From: a bacterium
GTDB taxonomy: Bacteria; Zixibacteria; MSB-5A5; GN15; FEB-12
Assembly: GCA_043811375.1 (NCBI GenBank)
Contig: JBDRNJ010000001.1
Span: 1-27,169 of the forward strand
Direction of reading: 5' to 3'
DNA length: 27,169 bases
The notes below the pieces were generated by a model. The model saw only the letters and a list, made by a program, of their open reading frames with translations. It was not told where the DNA came from and made no database searches. The position numbers and the translations under genes are program-made. Positions 17,431 to 26,340 of the stretch are shown here, piece by piece (positions within the stretch are counted from its first letter, which is position 1; every line of letters starts with the position of its first letter).

Positions 17431-18213
17431 ATGGACATATTCGAGGAAATACATAACCGGAAAAAAGCCGGCCAGTTATTCGTTCTGGCCACTATTGTCA
17501 GCACGACCGGGGCGTCACCACGAGCACCGGGAGCGAAAATGCTGGTGTACCCTGACGGGAAGATCTCAGAGACGATAGGTGGCGGTATTTTTGAAAAGGC
17601 CGTAATTGATGACTGCCTTGACCTGTTGAAATCAGGCGGCGACCATCTATTGAAAAAGTATAACTTCTCGCAGTCGGGCGAGGCTCCCATAGGGATGTCC
17701 TGTGGTGGTGAGGCGGTAGTCTTTATGGAAGTCAGCGCCAGACCTAAAAGATTGATAATCTTCGGCGGCGGGCATGTTTGCCGGGACCTGGTCCGGCTGG
17801 CTCTCGGTTCGGAGTTCCTGATTACAGTGGTCGATGATCGCCCGGACATTCTAAGCGCGTATAATAGCCCGGTCACAGTTGTGCAGACAGACTCAGACTA
17901 TCAAGCAAATCTCCCCTCACTTGACGGTGACTGCTATGTGGTTATCGTCACCCGCTCGCACAAGCACGACCAGCCGGTCCTGGCGCAGGTTATCAACGAA
18001 GGTTGCGCATACGTCGGCATGATAGGATCAAAGGCAAAAGTAACCAAAGTGCTTTCGTCACTGGAAGCATCGGGAGTCGATAGAGCGCTGCTTAAGCAGG
18101 TACACGCACCGATCGGTCTGAACATCAAAGGTGAAGGTCCCTATGAAATCGCCGTCTCCATTCTGGCCGAGTTGATTGCCGTAAAACGCGGAGTAGATCC
18201 CCACGTCGTATGA
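17431..18213 (+). CDS. xdhC: XdhC/CoxI family molybdo-hydroxylase maturation factor
   Basis: G.SPR.PGAKM, TIGGG..E, GMSCGG, IFGGGHV, VDDR, YVGMIGS, APIGL and EIAVSILAE. Confidence 0.92.
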   Translation: MDIFEEIHNRKKAGQLFVLATIVSTTGASPRAPGAKMLVYPDGKISETIGGGIFEKAVIDDCLDLLKSGGDHLLKKYNFSQSGEAPIGMSCGGEAVVFMEVSARPKRLIIFGGGHVCRDLVRLALGSEFLITVVDDRPDILSAYNSPVTVVQTDSDYQANLPSLDGDCYVVIVTRSHKHDQPVLAQVINEGCAYVGMIGSKAKVTKVLSSLEASGVDRALLKQVHAPIGLNIKGEGPYEIAVSILAELIAVKRGVDPHVV

Positions 18214-19028
18214 CTCGGTCTGTAGCTGAAAACCGGGTGGTCGTTCGTGGCGCCGGAGAGATGGCCTCAGGTGTCATACACCGTCTGGTCAAGAACGGTT
18301 TCGAAGTAATAGCTCTGGAGCAACCCGCTCCTGCTTGCGTCAGACGCCTGGTTTGTTTTGCCGAAGCGTTTTTCATAAAAGAAGTAACAGTCGCCGGAGT
18401 CACTGCTGTTCTTGTGAACACCGGGGCGAAGGCCACCGCAATTGCCGGTGACGGACGAGTACCGCTTCTGATCGACCCAGAAGCGAAATTGGTGCCCGTT
18501 CTTGCGCCGCTGGCTGTTATCGATGGCCGCATGCTCAAACAGGGGACCGACTCTGATCTAAATATGGCGCCGATTGTAATCGGTCTTGGTCCCGGCTTTG
18601 TTGCTCCAGAGAATTGTCACGCCGCGATAGAGACCAATCGAGGCAGCGATCTGGGGCGGATATTCTATAGCGGCAGTCCCCAGGCCGATACCGGGGTTCC
18701 CGCGCCGGTCAGTGGCTTCAGCAGTCAAAGAGTCTTACGATCTCCAGCCGACGGAGAGTTCACATCCTGCTGCCGGATCACCGACAGGGTGGAATCGGGC
18801 CAGGTTCTCGGTAAGGTGGGCGGTGTGGAAGTTGTAAGTGAAATAGACGGCATCGTCAGGGGCATGATTCATGATGGTTTGATGATTTCCCGGGGGCAGA
18901 AAATCGGCGATGTGGACCCGCGCGGGATCAAAGAGCACTGCTACCGAATATCAAACAAGGCCGGCGCAATTGGCGAGGCAGTTGTCGAAGCGCTGACGAC
19001 CCTTAAGACCAGAATTACTCATTGTTGA
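18210..19028 (+). CDS. yqeB: Selenium-dependent molybdenum hydroxylase system protein, YqeB family
   Basis: VRGAGEMASG, VRR.V.F.EA, IGLGPGF, ETNRG..LGR, ADTGVP, RVLRSP, G.VRG.IHDG and KIGDVDPRG. Confidence 0.9.
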   Translation: MTRSVAENRVVVRGAGEMASGVIHRLVKNGFEVIALEQPAPACVRRLVCFAEAFFIKEVTVAGVTAVLVNTGAKATAIAGDGRVPLLIDPEAKLVPVLAPLAVIDGRMLKQGTDSDLNMAPIVIGLGPGFVAPENCHAAIETNRGSDLGRIFYSGSPQADTGVPAPVSGFSSQRVLRSPADGEFTSCCRITDRVESGQVLGKVGGVEVVSEIDGIVRGMIHDGLMISRGQKIGDVDPRGIKEHCYRISNKAGAIGEAVVEALTTLKTRITHC

Positions 19029-19118
19029 ACTGCCCCCTGACGTTATTAGCAGTAGTTGGTCTAAAACTTCAAAGTTTCAATGGTTTTCTCTGCTCGTTCT
19101 GTGAAGGCGTTGCGGCGT

Positions 19119-19892
19119 TCATATCAATATCTTAAATGCATCATTATTATAAAAACACGACTCTCGACAAAATCTGTTATGATATTTGGCTGCCCAGACG
19201 AATTTCTTGTACACTGAGCAGCAATCCGGATCAGCCCGATGTTCTTTCAATTTCGATTCAATTATGCGTTTGTGTTTCTGTAGCATTTCTTTTAGAAGGG
19301 AATCGGCGCGAGCTTGAAGTGGATACAAGTAGTTAATGTATGTGGATCTGTTATCCGTATCGTCCCATAATATCCTAGTGAGTAACCCATCCGCATCAAT
19401 TTCCGAGTGGGCATTGATGTGATTCATCGCAGATTCGAGAAGAATGACGCGCGGTTTCTTTGCCCGTTCCTCGGCTTGGGAAAACTCCTCCAGAATGTAA
19501 CCAAAGATGAGATTATCGCTGATATGAATACTTCCTACGCCGATCCCGCCTCTGATAAACAAGCCATGTACGGCTAATTCCAATTGGAAATGGCCTATAT
19601 TGCAACATGCTTGGAGAAACTCAAATGATCCGCCCCCCGACCCTAAGTACCGGTATCCAATGATCACGTTATCAGTAAAGGCCTTCACACTCCATTTTGC
19701 ACCACTTGGGTCGTGAATCTCACGATGGGCCTCGTGTAACCTTTCAGTCAGCCATTCGAGTTGTTCTTGTTCATTACCTCTGTCATGCGCCTCTTTCATC
19801 CTATTCTTGAATCCAACGATATCTGCATATACAATTACGGATTGCTCCATAATCGGCCTGCCATCTGAGTCAAAGTACGGTCTAGATTGCAA
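19119..19892 (-). CDS. Uncharacterised protein with class III nucleotide-cyclase-like motifs
   Basis: YADIVGFK...AFTDNV...IRGGIGVG...IFG...AKKPRVIL...KFVW. Start uncertain (TTG 19892 or ATG 19850); the longer ORF start overlaps the upstream gene. Visibly AT-richer than its neighbours. Confidence 0.6.
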   Translation of the reverse strand: MQSRPYFDSDGRPIMEQSVIVYADIVGFKNRMKEAHDRGNEQEQLEWLTERLHEAHREIHDPSGAKWSVKAFTDNVIIGYRYLGSGGGSFEFLQACCNIGHFQLELAVHGLFIRGGIGVGSIHISDNLIFGYILEEFSQAEERAKKPRVILLESAMNHINAHSEIDADGLLTRILWDDTDNRSTYINYLYPLQARADSLLKEMLQKHKRIIESKLKEHRADPDCCSVYKKFVWAAKYHNRFCRESCFYNNDAFKILI

Positions 19893-19912
19893 GTTAATGG
19901 TGTTTTCACCCT

Positions 19913-20470
19913 TCAAAACAAGAACGGCACAAACATCTTCGTTCGTTTCATATAGTCTCGATAGGTATCGCCAAAAAAGCTTATGTTCTCCGCCTCTTCC
20001 ATCCGGGCAGTCAGGTAGAAAAAGAAAACCGTAAGTACAGCCAAACAAACACCCAACCAGGAAGGATGCTTAAGAAACACCCCCCAGATGCCAACTACTC
20101 CTGAACTATACATAGGATGCCGAATGTAGCAATAAGCTCCCGTTGTCACCAACTCGGTTGTCTTTTCAATGCCTATCAAAGACGGATCCCGGCGTTCTCT
20201 GTTGAGCCTGCCCAACCGGCGCAACAACAGCGCACTATGAACAACCAGGAACAAAGAAACTGCCAGCAGGAGCCAGGACACCAACTGCCGATAACTGAGC
20301 GGTTCATTAAACCAGTAATCTAGGTTCAGTAATATCAACAGCAGGATCGCTTCAAAGGCAAAGAAACGGTAGAAACCATGGGAACGCAGGTCGCGCAACG
20401 GACGCCACGATACCCAGGTGATGGCGCCTGACGCCACAACAAATACAATCAGCTTCAGGTGGAAAGACAT
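19913..20470 (-). CDS. Isoprenylcysteine carboxyl methyltransferase (ICMT/PEMT-like) membrane protein
   Basis: Hydrophobic; LVTTGAY.YIRHPMY and EE....FG..Y..Y...T..FVP motifs. Confidence 0.88.
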   Translation of the reverse strand: MSFHLKLIVFVVASGAITWVSWRPLRDLRSHGFYRFFAFEAILLLILLNLDYWFNEPLSYRQLVSWLLLAVSLFLVVHSALLLRRLGRLNRERRDPSLIGIEKTTELVTTGAYCYIRHPMYSSGVVGIWGVFLKHPSWLGVCLAVLTVFFFYLTARMEEAENISFFGDTYRDYMKRTKMFVPFLF

Positions 20471-20536
20471 AATAGCATCCCGGCCCGGTGTCCCCGACAG
20501 GCAGATTCATAAGCGGCTGAGTAATCAACCACCCGT

Positions 20537-20980
20537 CTATTGTCCGTCGCCCTCCAGCGACCCGCGCAGTCGGTCACTAAGCCCACCTCTGGGTTTAACG
20601 TACCTGGCCATAGCTTCAGCGACGATCCGACCGTCCTGATTGACGACTCGACCTTCGGTAGTATAGACAACTTTCTTTTGGCCGGTTTTCCAGCCTTCAA
20701 GATGCAGCCTGTCACCGACATTGACCGGCAGCTTGAAACGGACTGTAATCTCGGCAGTGACGACCATGAGTCCTTCGGCCAGAAGCGACTTTATCATTAC
20801 TTCGTCGAGAAGCGTTGCGACAATGCCACCATGAAAGATATTCTTGTAACCACTGTAGATTTCATCCGCAGTAACATCGCAGGAAGCCTTCTGCCCATCC
20901 CAGAAGAAGCGAGCTTTCAAACCGATTCGGTTTTCCTGCCCGCAGACGAAGCACCCCGGATATACGGCAATCTCTTTCAT
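20537..20980 (-). CDS. PaaI-family hotdog-fold thioesterase
   Basis: CFVCGQEN.IGL, HGGIVATLLDE and VTAEITVRF motifs. Confidence 0.9.
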   Translation of the reverse strand: MKEIAVYPGCFVCGQENRIGLKARFFWDGQKASCDVTADEIYSGYKNIFHGGIVATLLDEVMIKSLLAEGLMVVTAEITVRFKLPVNVGDRLHLEGWKTGQKKVVYTTEGRVVNQDGRIVAEAMARYVKPRGGLSDRLRGSLEGDGQ

Positions 20981-21137
20981 GTCTCAAGACGAACCTAACA
21001 ACCAGCCTATCAAAGCCCCAAACACCATGACTAAACGGCAAATCAGCGCGACAAAATCACATCACGTGAGTAACCCGGGGAACAGCTTATACTCTTCGTG
21101 CCGGCGTAATCGTCCTATCGCCCCCACTCGTTTCTCC

Positions 21138-22259
21138 CTACCTGACGCTAGCGCCGCCAATAATCATACGCATAGCCTCGGATGTGCCTTCGTAAATCCG
21201 GCAAATCCTGGCATCCCGCCACAGTCGCTCGGCGTTATAGTCCTGGATATAACCGTAACCGCCATGCATCTGTATGTTCTCATCAGTTACCAGAGCGGCT
21301 ACTTCGGAACCCTTCAGCTTGGCCATAGCGGCCTCCAGGGAAAACCGCTTTCCTTCACAGGCAACGGCCGTGGCGCGATATAACAGATAACGGGCGGCAT
21401 CGAGCTCGGTTCTCATATCGGCAAACTTGAACTGAGTCGCCTGGTAACTGGCTATCGACTTGCCGAACTGCACCCGGCTCTTGGTATACTCAACTGCCTC
21501 GGCAAAAGCCTGCTCGGCAATACCAATAGCTCCGGCCGTGACTCCCAATCGCCCATAGTCGAGAACACTCAGGGCGACTCGAAGCCCTTTCCCCAGTTCT
21601 CCGATCATATTGTCTGCGGGCACCATGACATCTTCGAAGTGCACACTGCAAGTCTTGGAAGATCTTATTCCCAGCTTCTTTTCAGGGGGACCAACCGTAA
21701 GGCCATCAGATTCGCGTTCAACCACAAAAGTAGTCGGCCCTTTGGGAGTCTTGCAGAATACTACGAAGAACTTCGCGATATCGGCCGAGGTAATGAACTG
21801 CTTCTCTCCGTTGAGAATGTAGTTGTCCCCATCCGGTTCAGCCTTGGTCTGTATGGAGAACACATCGGTGCCGGCATTCGGTTCCGTCAGACAGAAGGAA
21901 GTGATGGCGCCCTTGGCCATTTCAGGCATATATTTCCGCTTCTGTTGATCGTTGCCGAACAGGTCGAGCGTTTTGCAACCCAGGCTCAGATGAGCGGCGA
22001 TCAATGTTGCCAGACCGGCGTTGGCACGCGCGAATTCCTCGATAATGCAGGTTAAGGAAAAGGGATCAACCCCCATACCTCCGTACTCTTCCGGAATTGA
22101 CGCTCCCAGGTATCCCAGATCGGCCATCTCTGAGAGTAACTCAGCAGGCAACCCCTCGTCATCGAGTTTCCTGGTAACGGGATATACGCGTTTCTGGCAG
22201 AATCCACGCGCCATGGCACCGAATTCAAGCTGCTCATCGGTTAATCTGAACGAACTCAA
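21138..22259 (-). CDS. Acyl-CoA dehydrogenase (short-chain/butyryl-CoA-like family)
   Basis: FCLTEPNAGTD, NGEKQFIT, KLGIRSS, RVQFGKSI, QMHGGYGY and IYEGTSE; TTG start with AGGAGGAG RBS. Confidence 0.93.
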   Translation of the reverse strand: MSSFRLTDEQLEFGAMARGFCQKRVYPVTRKLDDEGLPAELLSEMADLGYLGASIPEEYGGMGVDPFSLTCIIEEFARANAGLATLIAAHLSLGCKTLDLFGNDQQKRKYMPEMAKGAITSFCLTEPNAGTDVFSIQTKAEPDGDNYILNGEKQFITSADIAKFFVVFCKTPKGPTTFVVERESDGLTVGPPEKKLGIRSSKTCSVHFEDVMVPADNMIGELGKGLRVALSVLDYGRLGVTAGAIGIAEQAFAEAVEYTKSRVQFGKSIASYQATQFKFADMRTELDAARYLLYRATAVACEGKRFSLEAAMAKLKGSEVAALVTDENIQMHGGYGYIQDYNAERLWRDARICRIYEGTSEAMRMIIGGASVR

Positions 22260-22309
22260 TCTCTCCTCCTTGGGCTTCTCAGCTTGAGGTTTTCATCTCT
22301 TGACAGCAG

Positions 22310-22337
22310 AATCTACATTATTTAGTGCTCAGGTCAA
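22310..22337 (-). promoter_or_regulatory. Candidate sigma70 promoter for the acyl-CoA dehydrogenase transcript
   Basis: Minus strand TTGACC-N16-TAGATT about 50 bp upstream of the start. Confidence 0.35.
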
Positions 22338-22479
22338 GCTTAACAAATGTCGCTGTGATAAGACCGAACCATCACCGATATATGCTGACAATGATGATCG
22401 GTATCGGTAAAGAAGCTGACCGCGAGACTGCTGATAACAGGGCCGTCCGGCGCTCTCGGCCGATCCTGCCCCCGTAATA

Positions 22480-23604
22480 TCATTTGAATGTCTTCACCTC
22501 AACCGGTTTCATGATATCGGCCCATACCCGCTCGATAACGTTCACAGCGAAGATGGTATCATCGTCACTACCTGAGCTTATACGGATGCCGTTAGTGATT
22601 CCGAACGGCTTGACCGGCCTGACGATGAGACCATGGTCCAGACATCGCCTGAAAAAGCGGTCGGCGTGTTCCTCGGACGGCAACAATAACAGGATGAAGT
22701 TGGCGACCGTCTTAACGTACCTGATATGCAGACTGTCAAAACAGGCTATCAACCGGGTGAGTGATCGGTGATTGGTCTCTATAGTACGGCTTCGATGCTC
22801 GTCGTCGGTCAGCGCTGCTACCATCGCTACCTGGGCCAGCCGATTCGGTTCAAAGGGCAACCGTACCTTATACAGGACGTCAATAAGATACTCCGGTCCG
22901 ACCGCAAAACCGACCCGCAGCCCGGCCAGTCCGCACGCTTTGGACAAAGAGCGGGTAACGATAACGTTCTCGTAGTGGTAGCGCAGACTATCCGGGTAGC
23001 CATCATGTTCGGCGGCATATTCAGCGTACGCTTCATCAAGTATCACCAGTACTTCCGGCGGAACCCGTTTCATGAACGCCTCGAACCGGTCGCCGGTGAA
23101 CATGGTACCCGTCGGGTTGTTGGGATTGGCCAGGTAGACAATCCTGGTGTTTTCAGAAATCGACTCGGCCAGTGTCTCCAGGTCAAAGGCGTACTCTTTC
23201 AGGGGCACCAGTCGCAGTTTGCGGGCAAGCTTCTTGGTGTTCACGTAGATTCCGATAAAGCTGCCTTCCGAGGTCAATAACTCATCCTGCTCGGAAGTGA
23301 AGCCATTGATGATGTATGCCAGCAAGGTATCAGTACCTGAAGCGCAGATAATCTCCGATGGCTTCCTGCCGAATCTCCCGGCAATAGCCGCCACCGTTTC
23401 AGTCGAGCGGGGATCAACATATCGGTGCAATTCAGCGACGGCCCGGCTTACGGCCGCCATGGCTTTCGGTGACGGCCCCAGCGGGTTCTCGTTGGAAGCC
23501 AGCTTGACAATGCGGCTCAAGTTTTTCTCACGAGCCAGTTCGCTGATCGGTTTGCCGGCCTGGTATGCCTTTAGTGTCAGTGTATGTTTGGGTATGATTA
23601 CCAT
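22480..23604 (-). CDS. hisC: Histidinol-phosphate aminotransferase family (HisC; may act on aromatic amino acids)
   Basis: YQAGKP, KLASNENPLG, NPNNPTG, DEAY and RSLSKACGLAGLRVG (PLP Lys); ATG at 23604 follows a GAGGA RBS. Confidence 0.9.
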   Translation of the reverse strand: MVIIPKHTLTLKAYQAGKPISELAREKNLSRIVKLASNENPLGPSPKAMAAVSRAVAELHRYVDPRSTETVAAIAGRFGRKPSEIICASGTDTLLAYIINGFTSEQDELLTSEGSFIGIYVNTKKLARKLRLVPLKEYAFDLETLAESISENTRIVYLANPNNPTGTMFTGDRFEAFMKRVPPEVLVILDEAYAEYAAEHDGYPDSLRYHYENVIVTRSLSKACGLAGLRVGFAVGPEYLIDVLYKVRLPFEPNRLAQVAMVAALTDDEHRSRTIETNHRSLTRLIACFDSLHIRYVKTVANFILLLLPSEEHADRFFRRCLDHGLIVRPVKPFGITNGIRISSGSDDDTIFAVNVIERVWADIMKPVEVKTFK

Positions 23605-24144
23605 AATATCCTCTATCTGCAATCGGACGTTTCCGGACTACTGACTGTCTAACAGTACAAACAACACAGCAGCACCCGGATCTCCTTTTATCGACTGGTC
23701 CTCAGGTCCATCCGGTCGGCCGACCCGGCTCATATCATGGCAGGGTTCGACGCCGGTCTTCTGAGCGGACCATGGCGTACAAAGCTCATGCATATCATAC
23801 TCTCGAAGACACCTGTTGTCCAGCAGTAAGTTCTTCCCGACACGCTGGCAAGGTGCTTTCCTGTACCGTGATGGTCGGGTGTGACTGTGATTACAGCAGT
23901 CCTCCCGGATACGGAGTTTCCACTTCCTATATATGGCGGTGTGCAATCAGTTCCTACCGGGAGAACCGTCTAAGTGGCTCATCGTAGCCAAGCGCATAGC
24001 GCCGAGACACACGAAGTGTGTATCTACAGGGATTTGATTCAGGTCTCAGATCAGTGAGCCAATAGATCTTGTCGCACATTTTGAGGAACATTAAGAAGCA
24101 GGGATTCAACGACCGGTGTTCCCGGTTACTTCTTGTTATCTAAC

Positions 24145-24173
24145 AAATTACGTGTAATTTACTGTCATGTCAA
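24145..24173 (-). promoter_or_regulatory. Near-consensus sigma70 promoter pointing toward hisC
   Basis: Minus strand TTGACA (24173-24168)-N17-TAATTT (24150-24145), overlapped by palindromes AAATTAC-GT-GTAATTT (24145-24160) and TTGTTA-TC-TAACAA (24133-24146). Confidence 0.55.
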
Positions 24174-24492
24174 AGGTAATATTCGTTGAAGTTCGAGCAA
24201 GTTCACAGTTAGAAAATCGCGCTCACCCATGGTGGTTTTCTGGATGAACATCCTGAATTCGGAGACAAAATCGGGAATTAGGGAATTGGATTCGAGAAAG
24301 AAGTTCGGGTTCTATTTGAAGCTATCCGACCGGGTGAACAAATCGTGACCCGTTTTTTTTAACCTATGTCTGTGTTAATTGGTTCTACGGGATTATGAAG
24401 CACGAAACTCACTGACAAGATATGCATCTCGCAATTGCATCAAATCTGACCAAGAACAGAGATTTCGACATCTGATGCAGCAACCTCGCTTG

Positions 24493-24762
24493 CTAATCCT
24501 GATTTACTCGTTCGAGGTGAAAAACATTCACAACTTGCGGGTCAGGACAGCAAAATGTTCCCTCGTCGTCGTTCTTCTCCCAAAAAAATGATCCCCCGAA
24601 CCGCAGGGTAGTAATGTACGGAAGCAAAGAACTGAAGGCTCCCATACAAATTCCTGCGGGGGTTTTGTTGCCGACTAAGAACTCGTCGCCGATCCGATGC
24701 CCGGCAGGGCATTTTTTCAACTGGGAAACCAGAGTGATTTTAACATCGTAGTACTTCGCCAT
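24493..24762 (-). CDS. TIGR04076-family small Cys-rich protein
   Basis: CPAGH.IGDEF, P.GICMGAF.SL.PY, GG.F and CCPDP pattern; start at 24762 or 24768. Confidence 0.82.
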   Translation of the reverse strand: MAKYYDVKITLVSQLKKCPAGHRIGDEFLVGNKTPAGICMGAFSSLLPYITTLRFGGSFFWEKNDDEGTFCCPDPQVVNVFHLERVNQD

Positions 24763-24769
24763 TTTCACC

Positions 24770-25519
24770 TCAGGTCATTTGCATACCGCCGCTGACAGGC
24801 AGGTATGTTCCGGTTACGTATTTAGACCAATCAACACAATAAAAGAGAACTGCTCCGGCAATATCTTCCGGTTCGGCCAGTCTTTTAAGCGGAGTATGTG
24901 CCGCTATCGCATCATGCATCTCTTTAGGTTGGTTAGCCGTGGCGTCTGTAATAGTAAGTCCGGGAGCAACGACATTGACTGTGATCCCATGCGGTCCAAG
25001 TTCCATCGCCAGTGATTTTGAGAAGGCATCAAGGGCTGACTTCGCAGAAGAATGTGCCACAAAACCGAATCCCGGCATACGGGAAAGACCACTACTGACA
25101 TTGATAATACTACCTTTTTTTCGCTCTATCATGCTTGGTAATACTACCTGACAACAGTGAAAACTCGCTTTCATCTCATTCAGAATCTTCCTTTCGAAGT
25201 CTTCCCATTGGAACTCAACAAAAGGCATAATAGGGAAACTCATGTTCGCATTGTTAACCAAAATATCAACCGGCCCGAGTTCTGTTTCGGTTCTTCTGAC
25301 CATCGATTCAACTTCCTCTCGGACCGTAACATCAGCCTTAACCAGGATAGCATTACCCTTAGCCTCAACGATTTCGTTAAGCACCTTCTCACCTTGCTCT
25401 TTGTTCTGAGCATAATTAACGACCACCTTCGCTCCATTAGCGGCCAGGAGCTTGGCCGTTGCGGCACCGATACCGCGGCTAGAACCAGTTACGATCGCTA
25501 CTTTCTGTTGCAGTAACAT
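24770..25519 (-). CDS. Short-chain dehydrogenase/reductase (FabG-like) with His in place of the catalytic Tyr
   Basis: TGSSRGIG, VNNA, SS, HSSAK, VAPG, TPL.R and VTG..L.VSGG; GGAGG RBS. Confidence 0.9.
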   Translation of the reverse strand: MLLQQKVAIVTGSSRGIGAATAKLLAANGAKVVVNYAQNKEQGEKVLNEIVEAKGNAILVKADVTVREEVESMVRRTETELGPVDILVNNANMSFPIMPFVEFQWEDFERKILNEMKASFHCCQVVLPSMIERKKGSIINVSSGLSRMPGFGFVAHSSAKSALDAFSKSLAMELGPHGITVNVVAPGLTITDATANQPKEMHDAIAAHTPLKRLAEPEDIAGAVLFYCVDWSKYVTGTYLPVSGGMQMT

Positions 25520-25673
25520 ACAAAAACCTCCGTGGGAAACGTCATCCCCGTTTAGAGTTCATTCAAGGCTGGAAATACATACCACACTAAGTGAACGGAA
25601 TAATGTTTCCGGAATGCCAAGTCTCGTCACCTTACGGTATTTGAACCGTAAGTTCTGTTTGTTATGTCTGTTC

Positions 25674-26309
25674 TCAACAACGCTTCAACCAGGCTATGTT
25701 AACCTGATGCGGTTTGTACTTGCCCGCGACCTCGACTGTATTCAACTCACTGATGTGAAACAGGGGATCGAACAAGTCCCTTAATTCATCCTCGGAAGAG
25801 AAATATAGGGTTGTACCGAGTGGAGTCTTTCGATACTTTCCTTTTCCACCGAAATCAGAATCTTTCTCACTAAAGCAGAGTGAGAAGTACTCACCATTCG
25901 GATGCAGCATACTGTGCACGTTGTTCAAATAACATTCCCTATCTTCCGGAAAAATGTGGTGCAGAACCTCCCAGTCATAGGCGAAGTCAAAATGTTCGTG
26001 GAATTTCTTCAAGTCGCCGAGTAAATCGGCAGCTTCGAAACTACATGAAACGCCCATACGGATTGCCAGGTCACGAGCATGCTCAATAGCATGCTCGCTG
26101 ATATCGATACCGGTTACATCGAAACCCTGTTGGGCTAACCAGACCGCGTAGTTGCCGGCACCACATCCCAGATCAACTGCTTTGCAGGGTTTTATTTTTC
26201 CAGCTTCGATGGTTTCAACCAGCATTGCGGGTGGAGCCGACATGTTCCAGGGTATGTTATCTAGCGGCATATCCCGGTAGATTTGTTCCATCTGCTTACG
26301 AAGGTTCAC
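25674..26309 (-). CDS. Class I SAM-dependent methyltransferase (TPMT/TehB-like)
   Basis: IPW, VDLGCGAG, VTGIDIS and FDFAYD...LHH; AGGAG RBS before a GTG start. Confidence 0.88.
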   Translation of the reverse strand: MNLRKQMEQIYRDMPLDNIPWNMSAPPAMLVETIEAGKIKPCKAVDLGCGAGNYAVWLAQQGFDVTGIDISEHAIEHARDLAIRMGVSCSFEAADLLGDLKKFHEHFDFAYDWEVLHHIFPEDRECYLNNVHSMLHPNGEYFSLCFSEKDSDFGGKGKYRKTPLGTTLYFSSEDELRDLFDPLFHISELNTVEVAGKYKPHQVNIAWLKRC

Positions 26310-26340
26310 AACACGACTCTCCTAGCTCTTAGGTGACTAC

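Noticed and set aside
23741..23752. GGTTCGAC as a tRNA or tmRNA signature
   Set aside because: No cloverleaf, acceptor stem or tmRNA ends could be built around it.
24093..24110. GCAGGGATTC matching part of the att core, as a second degenerate att site
   Set aside because: Only 10 bp match and the acceptor-stem/CCA part is missing; compatible with chance.
24331..24360. Rho-independent terminator (CGGGT...ACCCG plus T8)
   Set aside because: The stem is weak and faces the + strand, where no upstream gene is evident.
654..26089. Numerous antisense and alternate-frame ORFs in the track (e.g. 688-1359, 4612-5400, 7237-8004)
   Set aside because: They are shadows of well-supported genes with no recognisable motifs.
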